Source of the DNA: Octopus sinensis
Taxonomy: Eukaryota
Reading direction: 5' to 3'
Length of the DNA stretch: 6,870 nucleotides
NCBI RefSeq assembly: GCF_006345805.1
Contig: NW_021829246.1
Location: 1 to 6,870, forward strand
The notes below the pieces were generated by a model. It was not told the DNA's origin. It saw only the letters and a program-made list of their open reading frames with translations, and made no database searches. The position numbers and the translations under genes were made by a program. Below, piece by piece: positions 1-6,640 of this stretch. Position 1 is the stretch's first letter. The number at the start of each line of letters is the position of its first letter.

Positions 1-929
1 CCCTGTGCTTGTGGCACGTAAAAACACCAACCGATCATGGCCATTGCCAGCCTCCCCTGGCACCTATGCCGGTGCACGTAAAAAGCACCAACCGATCATG
101 GCCATTGCCAGCCTCCCCTGGCACCTATGCCGGTGGCACGTAAAAAGCCCACCGATCATGGCCATTGCCAGCCTCCCCTGGCACCTATGCCGGTGCACGT
201 AAAAAGCACCAACCGATCATGGCCGCTGCCAGCCTCCCCTGGCACCTATGCCGGTGGCACGTAAAAACACCAACCGATCATGGCCATTGCCAGCCTCCCT
301 CCCCTGGCACCTATGCCGGTGGCACGTAAAAAGCACCAACCGATCATGGCCGCTGCCAGCCTCCCCGGCACCTATGCCGTGGCACGTAAAAAGCACAACC
401 GATCATGGCCGCTGCCAGCCTCCCCTGGCACCTATGCCGGTGGCACGTAAAAAGCACCAACCGATCATGGCCATTGCCAGCCTCCCCCTGGCCCTATGCC
501 GGTGGCACGTAAAAAGCACCAACCGATCATGGCCATTGCCAGCCTCCCCTGGCACCTATGCCGGTGGCACGTAAAAAGCACCAACCGATCATGGCCATTG
601 CCAGCCTCCCCTGGCACCTATGCCGGTGGCACGTAAAAAGCACCAACCGATCATGGCCATTGCCAGCCTCCCCTGGCACCTATGCCGGTGGCACGTAAAA
701 AGCACCAATCCGATCATGGCCATTGCCAGCCTCCCCTGGCACCTATGCCGGTGGCACGTAAAAAGCACCCACTACACTCACGGAGTGGTTGGCGTTAGGA
801 AGGGCATCCAGCTGTAGAAACACTGCCAGATCAGACTGGAGCCTGGTGCAGCCCCTGGCTTCCCAGACCCTGGTCAAACCACCCAACCCATGCTAGCTTG
901 GAAAGTGGACGTTAAACGATAATGATGAT
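1..929 (+). mobile_element. Family-B non-autonomous retroposon copy 1: internal minisatellite (11-769), body (770-~915) and (GAT)n-like tail
   Basis: Body 770-929 (CACTACACTCACGGAGTGGTTGGCGTTAGGAAGGGCATCCAGCTGTAGAAAC...GGACGTTAAACGATAATGATGAT) is the reverse complement of copies at 2554-2758, 3270-3440 and 6219-6406. It ends in a simple-repeat tail typical of LINE-mobilised elements. The 5' end is not visible in the window. Confidence 0.85.
11..769. repeat. 62-bp minisatellite, 12 full units plus a partial 13th
   Basis: Consensus GTGGCACGTAAAAAGCACCAACCGATCATGGCCATTGCCAGCCTCCCCTGGCACCTATGCCG. Unit starts at 11, 72, 133, 193, 254, 319, 379, 440, 502, 564, 626, 688 and 751. Confidence 0.98.
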
Positions 930-947
930 ATATATACGTATATATAT

Positions 948-981
<34 letters not shown>
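928..981. repeat. (TA)n microsatellite
   Basis: Near-pure TA run between the family-B tail and the SINE-A head. Confidence 0.97.
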
Positions 982-984
<3 letters not shown>

Positions 985-1376
985 GCTGTGTGGTAAGTAG
1001 CTTGCTAACCAACCACATGGTTTCGGGTTCAGTCCCACTGCGTGGCATCTTGGGCAAGTGTCTTCTGCTATAGCCCCGGGCTGACCAAAGCCTTGTGAGT
1101 GTATTTGGTAGACGGAAACTGAAAGAAGCCCGTCGTATATATGTATATATATGTATGCGTGTGTGTGTTTGTGTGTCTGTGTTTGTCTCCCTAGCATTGC
1201 TTGACAACCGATGCTGGTGTGTTTACGTCCCCGTCACTTAGCAGTTCTGCAAAAGAGACCGATAGAATAAGTACTGGGCTTACAAAGAATAAGTCCCGGG
1301 GTCGATTTGCTCGACTAAAGGCGGTGCTCCAGCATGGCCGCAGTCAAATGACTGAAACAAGTAAAAGAGTAAAAGA
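982..1376 (+). mobile_element. tRNA-derived SINE family A, near full length (first ~9 nt missing)
   Basis: A-box-like TGGCTGTGTGG at 983-993 and B-box-like GGTTCAGTCCC at 1026-1036. CTTGGGCAAGT resembles the CORE-SINE/MIR core. Internal (TA)/(TG) tract and (AAAAGAGT)n tail. Aligns end to end with the inverted copy at 1813-2224. Confidence 0.9.
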
Positions 1377-1443
1377 TATATATGTATATATATGTGTATG
1401 TATCTATGTGTGTGTGCTTTTGTGTTCCCATCACTGCTTGGCA

Positions 1444-1510
1444 ACTACTACTATCACCACCACCACCACCATACACCACCACCACCACTACTACTACTAC
1501 TACACACTAC
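1444..1510. repeat. Compound (CTA)n/(CCA)n microsatellite
   Basis: Directly visible trinucleotide runs. Confidence 0.92.
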
Positions 1511-1637
1511 AATGTGTTGGTTGTAATTGTTGGTGTCCTGGGTCAGCTGGTGAAGAAATATTTCCGTTTTCTCGGCTGCTTCAAGTGGTTTGGCACTAAG
1601 AATGGTATGGCTGGCATTTCAGTGTGTGAATGGTAGA

Positions 1638-1703
1638 TGTGTGTGTGTGTCGGTGTGTGTGTGTGTGTGTGTGTGTCGGTGTATGTGTTTGCTTGTGTGT
1701 GTG
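1638..1703. repeat. (GT)n microsatellite
   Basis: Directly visible, with two CG interruptions. Confidence 0.95.
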
Positions 1704-1719
1704 CATATATACTCACACA

Positions 1720-1812
1720 TTAGGCAAGTGTCTTTTATTATAGCCCCAGGCTGGCCAATGCCTTGTAAATGGATTTGGTAGACGGAAACTGAAAGAAGCC
1801 CATCGTATATAT
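1720..1812 (+). mobile_element. SINE family A fragment (end of the 5' module, older copy)
   Basis: GGCAAGTGTCTT...GGATTTGGTAGACGGAAACTGAAAGAAGCCCATCGTATAT matches ~1052-1140 with several substitutions. Confidence 0.88.
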
Positions 1813-2224
1813 ACTCTTTTACTCTTTACTCTTTTACTTGTTTCAGTCATTTGACTGCGGCCATGCTGGAGCACCGCCTTTAATCGAGCAACTCGACCCC
1901 AGGACTTATTCTTTTGGAAGCCCAGTACTTATTCCATCAGTCTCTTTTGCCGAACTGCTAAGTGACGGGGATGTAAGCATACCAGCATCAGTTGTCAAGC
2001 AATGCTAGGGGGACAAACACAAACACACAAACACACACATATATATATATACACATATATACGACAGGCTACTTTCAGTTTCCGTCTACCAAATCCACTC
2101 ACAAGGCTTTGTTCGGCCCGGGGCTATAGCAGAAAACTCTTGCCCAAGATGCCATGCAGTGGGACTGAACCTGGAACCATGTGGTTGGTTAGCAAGCTAC
2201 TTACCACACAGCCACTCCTGAGCC
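1813..2224 (-). mobile_element. SINE family A, full length
   Basis: The minus strand begins GGCTCAGGAGTGGCTGTGTGGTAAG and ends in an (AAAAGAGT)n tail at 1813-1838. Collinear with 982-1376 and flanked by TA runs on both sides. Confidence 0.92.
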
Positions 2225-2293
2225 TATACATATATATGTATATATATATATGTATCAAATGAAATAAATGAAAAACGGGACGCAAAGGATTTT

Positions 2294-2386
2294 GCGGTAC
2301 ATATGTTTCGGGCTTTATTGAACAACTTATTCTTACATCAATGCATAACTGATATAACAGATAGATCAAAAACCTTCTTCAGCCGC
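2294..2386 (-). ncRNA. Type-I hammerhead ribozyme motif with extended stem II
   Basis: Minus strand: GCGG-CUGAAGA-A-GGUUUUUGA...UCAAUAAAGCCC-GAA-ACAUAUGU-A-CCGC. Canonical CUGANGA and GAAA core, stem I GCGG/CCGC, palindromic stem III ACAUAUGU, GUA cleavage triplet (predicted cut between 2298 and 2297). Stem II pairing is imperfect. Folded by eye only. Confidence 0.72.
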
Positions 2387-2553
2387 GTACAATTGCTACA
2401 CCAAAGACTTGTATCACATTATAAAAGGTTTGAGAAAAAACCAAGTTTCATTGGGAAAGTATGTTTGTAAATCTTCATAGGCGTACATGGTATTGCTAGA
2501 CTCCAAAACAAATCGTCCATACTGTTTTTTCACTCGATATAGAATGAATGTAT

Positions 2554-2594
<41 letters not shown>

Positions 2595-2756
2595 CATGTA
2601 GCGTCCGCTTTCCATGCTAGCATGGGTTGGATGGTTCAACTGGGGTCTGGGAAGCAAGAAGGCTGCACCAGGCTCCAGTCTGATCTGGCAGTGTTTCTAC
2701 GGCTGGATGCCCTTCCTAATGCCAACCACTCCGTGAGTGTAGTGGGTGCTTTTTAC

Positions 2757-2758
<2 letters not shown>
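2554..2758 (-). mobile_element. Family-B copy 2, 5'-truncated, with long (GAT)n tail
   Basis: (CAT)n at 2554-2596 on +, followed by the reverse complement of ~760-915. Stops at TTTTTACGT, the start of the first internal monomer. Confidence 0.9.
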
Positions 2759-2806
<48 letters not shown>

Positions 2807-2825
2807 ATATGTATGTGTGTGTATA
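2758..2825. repeat. (TA)n/(TG)n microsatellite
   Basis: Directly visible; same composition as the internal tract of SINE A. Confidence 0.93.
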
Positions 2826-3045
2826 TGTTTGTGTGTCTGTGTTTGTCCCCCGCAACATTGCTTGACAATCCAATGCTGGTGTGTATACGTCCCCGTAACT
2901 TAGCGGTTTGGCAAAAAGAGACTGATAGAATAAGTACTATGCTTACACAGAATAAGTCCTGGGGTCGATTTGCTCAACTAAAGGCGATGCTCCAGCATGG
3001 CCACAGTCAAATGACTGAAACAAGTAAAAGAGTTAAGAGTAAGAG
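2826..3045 (+). mobile_element. SINE family A 3' module with tail
   Basis: Matches ~1167-1376 and ends GACTGAAACAAGTAAAAGAGTTAAGAGTAAGAG. Confidence 0.9.
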
Positions 3046-3093
3046 CATATTATTTACATTTGACGGATATTTGTCCTCATCTTGTTTGTTGTT

Positions 3094-3139
3094 AACACAA
3101 CGTTTCGGCTGATATACCCTCCAGCCATCTTCAGGTGTC
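3094..3139 (-). ncRNA. Minimal type-I hammerhead ribozyme (Penelope-type), within a repeat fragment at ~3047-3143
   Basis: Minus strand: GACAC-CUGAAGA-U-GGCUG-GAGGGUAUAU-CAGCC-GAA-AC-GUU-GUGUU. Stem I GACAC/GUGUU (5 bp), perfect 5-bp stem II, canonical core, and a loop-less palindromic ACGU stem III. Predicted cut between 3099 and 3098. Confidence 0.82.
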
Positions 3140-3195
3140 TTTATCAGGAAAATATTAAATTTATAAGCCTTAAGATTCACTCCATAATTGCTCAC

Positions 3196-3269
3196 GGGCA
3201 TATGGCAAAGTGGCTAAGAGTGCGGACTACTAACCCCAAGATTCCAAGCTCAATTCCAGGTAGTGACCT
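3196..3269 (+). mobile_element. tRNA-derived SINE head (5' part of an element interrupted at 3270-4040)
   Basis: Perfect A box TGGCAAAGTGG at 3203-3213, anticodon-loop-like CTACTAA at 3227-3233, degenerate B box AGCTCAATTCC at 3247-3257. Ends in GACCT, which is repeated at 4036-4040. Confidence 0.75.
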
Positions 3270-4035
3270 CATCATCATCATCATCATTTAATGTCCGCTT
3301 CCCATGCTGGCATGGGTTGGACGATTTTGGCTGAGGGCTGGCAACCAGATGGCTGCACCAGGCTCCAATCTTGATCTGGCTGAGTTTCTACAACTGGATG
3401 CCCTTCCTAACACCAACCACTCCAAGAGTGTAGTGGGTGCTTTCACATGCCACTGGCATGGGGGCCAGTCAGGTGGTACTGGCAATGACCTCGCTCGAAT
3501 CTTTTACACATGCCACCGGCACAGGTGCCAGTAAGGCAATGCTGGTAATGATCACGCTCAAGTGGTGCCCTTTTACGTGCCACAGCACAGGGGCCAGTCA
3601 GGCGGTACTGCCAAGATCTCATCGAATCTTTTACACATGCCACCAGCACAGGTGCCAGTAAGGCGATGCTGGTAACGATCACCCTCAAATAGTGCCCTTT
3701 TACGTGCCACGGCACGGGGGCCAGTCAGGCGGTACTGGCAACGACCTCGCTCGAATCTTTTACACATGCCACTGGCACAAGTGCCAGTAAGGCGGTGCTG
3801 GTGACGATCACGCTCAAATAGTGCCCTTTTATGTGCCACGGCACGGGGGCCAGTCAGGCAGTACTGGCAACGACCTCGCTCGAATCTTTTACACATGCCA
3901 CCGGCACAGGTGCCAGTAAGGCGACGCTGGTAACGATCACGCTTGAACGGTGCCCTTTTACGTGCCACCGGCACGGAGGCCAGTTAGCCGCTCTGGCAAC
4001 GATCACGCTCGGATGGTGCTCTTGGCACCCTACAA
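3270..4035 (-). mobile_element. Family-B copy 3 with internal higher-order repeat, nested insertion
   Basis: (CAT)n tail at 3270-3286 and body homologous to 770-915. Flanked by the direct repeat GACCT at 3265-3269 and 4036-4040. Confidence 0.88.
3441..4021. repeat. ~129-bp dimeric higher-order repeat (A ~60 bp + B 69 bp) x4, plus terminal monomer C
   Basis: A monomers start at 3441, 3571, 3698 and 3827; B monomers at 3502, 3629, 3758 and 3887; C at 3956. All share TTTTAC..TGCCAC(C)GGCAC....GCCAG...CTGG. Confidence 0.95.
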
Positions 4036-4040
4036 GACCT

Positions 4041-4210
4041 GAATAATAACAACAATAATAATAACAACATCGAAAACTACCTTAGGAATGAGAACCCAGG
4101 TTCGAAATTTCCCCAAGACACCTGATGAAGGTTGCAAACAATGTAAATAATGCAAATTATGCAAATGTAAATAATGTAAATAATTCCTCATCTCTTAAAT
4201 ATAGAACTGT
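4041..4210 (+). mobile_element. 3' part of the tRNA-headed element, carrying an internally deleted hammerhead (4117-4134)
   Basis: (AAT/AAC)n tract, then AAGACAC-CTGATGA-AGGTTG, homologous to the minus-strand copy AAGACAC-CTGAAGA-TGGCTG. CAAACAA and AAATGTAAATAAT are also shared with 3047-3143. The right boundary is approximate. Confidence 0.72.
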
Positions 4211-4300
4211 ATTAAAATAAAAGCATGATGGTCACATCTGGACCTTTGATCATCACAGTTTCTACTGGATTACAAGCAGCCTAGGGTTAAACAACAGCAG

Positions 4301-4521
4301 TAATTAATCCTTTCTGTTATAGGCACAAACCTGAAATTTAGGGGAGGGGGATAGTCGATGAAATCAACCCCAGTACGCAACTGGTACTTGACTTATCGAC
4401 CCCCCGAAAGGATGAAAGGGGAAGTCGACCTCGGTGGAATTTGAACTCGGAACGTAGCGACTTGGCTAAATACCGCCAGGCATTTCATGCAGCCTGCTAA
4501 CGATTCTGCCAGCTGACCGCC
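4301..4521 (-). mobile_element. tRNA-derived SINE family C, full length
   Basis: The minus strand starts GGCGGTCAGCTGGCAGAATCGTTAG (A-box-like 4501-4511) and has B box GAGTTCAAATTCC at 4436-4448. Body CCTTTCATCCTTTCGGGGGGTCGATAAGTCAAGTACCAG resembles a central domain shared by many metazoan SINEs. Candidate TSD CAGTAATTA at 4298-4306 and 4544-4552. Confidence 0.85.
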
Positions 4522-4700
4522 TTAACGACAGCCGCCTTAATTACAGTAATTATAACGAAAGCCATTGACACAGAAATGCGTTTGGCCACTCCTTCTTTCT
4601 CCCCCCCTCCTCACACCACTACTCTCGCAAATTTGAGTTTGGAACAAAACAAGAGTTTGTTGAAGTTGCAGAGTATCTGGAGTCCCAGTTATTCATCGGA

Positions 4701-5882
4701 GTCATGTGGGGGTGGGGGTGGGGGGTGGCGGTGGTGGTACAGTGTGGTCATGTGGTGGTGGTGGTGGTGGTGGTAGTGGTGGTAGTGATACACTGTAGTC
4801 ATGTGGTGGTGGTAGTGGTGGTAGTGGTGGTACACTGTAGTCATGTGGTGGTGGTAGTGGTGGTAGTGGTGGTAGTGGTGGTACACTGTAGTCTTGGGGT
4901 GGTGGTGGTGGTGGTGGTAGTGGTGGTAGTGGTGGTAGTGGTGTACACTGTAGTTGGGTGGTGGTGGTGGTGGTGGTGGTGGTGTGGTAGTGGTGGTACA
5001 CTGTAGTCATGTGGGGTGGTGTGGTGGTAGTGGTGGTTGTGGTAGTGGTGATACCACTGTAGTCGGTGTGGTGGTGGTAGTGGTGGTAGTGGGTGTGTGG
5101 TACACTGTAGTCATGTGTGGTGGTGGTGGTGGTGGTAGTGGTGGTATGGTAGTGGTGATACACTGTAGTCTTGTGGTGGTGGTAGTGGTGGTCGTGTGTT
5201 AGTGGTAGTGGTGATACACTGTAGTCCTGTGGTGGTGGTAGTGGTGGTAGTGGTGGTAGTGGTATGGTGGTAGTGGTAGTGGTGATACACTGAGTCTTGT
5301 GGTGTGGTGGTAGTGGTAGTGGTGATACACTGTAGTCATGTGGTGGTGGGGTGGGTGGTATGGTGGTATTGGTGGTAGTGGTAGTGGTGGTACACTGTAG
5401 TCATTGTGGTGGTGGTGGTGGTAGTGGTGGTAGTGTAGTGTTGGTACACTGTAGTCATGTGGTGGTGGTGGGTATGGTGGTATGGTGGTAGTGGTAGTGG
5501 TGGTACACTGTAGTCATGTGGTGTGGTGGTGGTGGTAGTGTGGTAGTGGTAGTGGTGGTACACTGTAGTCTTGTGGTGGTGGTGGTAGTGGTGGTAGTGG
5601 TAGTGGTGGTACACTGTAGTCATGTGGTGGTGGTGGTAGTGGTGGTAGTGGTGGTAGTGGTAGTGGTGGTACACTGTAGTCATGTGGTGGTGGTGGTGGT
5701 GGTAGTGGTGGTAGTGGTAGTGGTGGTACACTGTAGTCTTGTGGTGGTGGTGGTAGTGGTGGTAGTGGTAGTGGTGGTACACTGTAGTCTTGTGGTGGTG
5801 GTGGTGGTGGTAGTGGTGGTAGTGGTAGTGGTGATACACTGTAGTCATGTGGTGGTGGTAGTGGTACACTATTCATGTGGTA
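4701..5882. repeat. Compound minisatellite: ~22 TACACTGTAGTC(A/T)TGTG anchors separated by variable (GGT)/(AGT) tracts
   Basis: Anchors at ~4738, 4790, 4832, 4883, 4945 ... 5560, 5611, 5671, 5728, 5779, 5836 and 5866. Unit length is about 30-71 bp. Confidence 0.97.
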
Positions 5883-5903
5883 GTGGTTTGTGGTGGTACC
5901 CCG

Positions 5904-5960
5904 TAGCCATCTGGTGGTGGTTCATTTTGGTGCCATTTAAGTTCAGGAGTTCAAATCCCC
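5904..5960 (+). mobile_element. Possible degenerate tRNA-derived SINE head
   Basis: Good B box GAGTTCAAATCC at 5947-5958 and a weak A-box-like TAGCCATCTGG at 5904-5914. No second copy in the window. Confidence 0.3.
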
Positions 5961-6053
5961 GGTTGGGCATGTTTGTTGCGACTTTTGTTTGCGAGCTTCA
6001 TGAAATTAATATTTCTCTGTTAATTAAACACTGTCATTATAAGCACACGAATG

Positions 6054-6216
6054 GTGGCTGTGTGGTAAGTAGCTTGCTTTCCAACCACATGGTTCAGGGT
6101 TCAGTCCCACTGCGTGGCACCTTGGGCAAGTGTCTTCTACTATAGCCTCAGGCTGACCAAAGCCTTGTGAGTGGATTTGGTAGATGGAAACTGAGAGAAT
6201 CCCATTGTGTATATAT
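6054..6216 (+). mobile_element. SINE family A 5' module (tRNA head plus CORE-like region)
   Basis: Matches 982-1142 and stops at the internal TA tract, where family-B copy 4 abuts it tail to tail. Confidence 0.9.
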
Positions 6217-6218
6217 TG

Positions 6219-6406
6219 TCATCATCCTCATCATTTAACATTCATTGTCCATGCTGGCATGGGTTGGACAGTTTTGACCAGGGTTGGTATACTGGAAGGG
6301 GCTGCACCAGACTCCAGTCTCATTCGGCATGGTTTTCTATGGCTGGATGCCCTTCCTAATGGCAACCACTCTGAGAGCGTAATGGGTGCCTTTAAATGCC
6401 ATTTGC
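6219..6406 (-). mobile_element. Family-B copy 4, diverged (may extend to ~6554)
   Basis: Degenerate (CAT)n tail followed by CCATGCTGGCATGGGTTGGAC...GGCTGGATGCCCTTCCTAATGGCAACCACTCTGAGAG, homologous to the other B copies. Confidence 0.85.
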
Positions 6407-6604
6407 GTGACACTGATATCTGCTATGACTGTGATTTTATGTTGCTTGATGGGTCTTCTTCTTAAGCACAATATAAGGCCAAAGGTCTTGGTTATTGCCC
6501 CCATGAGGCCCAACACTCCAACAGAACTCCACCACTTTGCCTCTGTCAGGCCCATATATATATCGCCATGATAAATTGTTCTCTCCTTGTTTCTTTCTGT
6601 GTTC

Positions 6605-6640
6605 CTTTCCGTAGAAGAGCGTAGGCTCGAAACGTAAAAG
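6605..6640 (+). ncRNA. Minimal hammerhead-like motif, degenerate core (CCGUAGA)
   Basis: CUUU-CCGUAGA-A-GAGC-GUAG-GCUC-GAA-AC-GUA-AAAG. Topology is correct, but there are two departures from CUGANGA. Confidence 0.5.

Noticed and set aside
11-769. Resemblance of CCAGCCTCCCCTGGC...GCCGGTGGCA to the HDV ribozyme (CCAGCCUCCUCGCUGGCGCCGGCUGGGCA)
   Set aside because: L3 is too short, extra bases lie between P3' and P1', there is no proper 7-bp P1, and P4/J4-2 with the catalytic C is absent. It is probably chance GC-rich similarity.
5-817. ORFs in the 62-bp array (MPVARK... / PWHLCRWH...)
   Set aside because: They are translations of a tandem repeat whose period is not a multiple of 3. The same peptides recur in shifting frames and show no domain similarity.
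2257-2553. Penelope RT or GIY-YIG coding remnant beside the hammerhead
   Set aside because: Manual translation of part of the minus strand showed no recognisable motif, so the PLE link rests on the ribozyme only.
874-2903. ORFs rich in YI/CV/HT/poly-His/poly-Thr
   Set aside because: They are translations of TA, TG, CAT and CAC microsatellites and of SINE bodies.
3007-3201. 64-aa ORF containing TPEDGWRVYQPKRCV
   Set aside because: This is simply the translation of the hammerhead motif and flanking repeats.
3196-3269. Functional tRNA gene
   Set aside because: The acceptor and T stems do not pair properly and the B box is mutated. It is better explained as a SINE head; the same applies to the heads at 982, 2224, 4521 and 6054.
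3573-3974. 133-aa minus-strand ORF with a 43-aa Cys/Arg-rich repeat
   Set aside because: It follows from the 129-bp period (43 codons). It lies wholly inside a retroposon and resembles no known protein.
4569-4706. Short open stretch ...RKFEFGTKQEFVEVAEYLESQLFIGVM that looks protein-like
   Set aside because: It has no recognisable domain and no convincing splice donor before it runs into the minisatellite. It cannot be supported without homology or RNA data.
4701-5882. CRISPR-like look (constant repeat plus variable spacers), also in 3441-4021
   Set aside because: The spacers are microsatellite or mutually homologous rather than unique. The context is eukaryotic and there are no cas genes.
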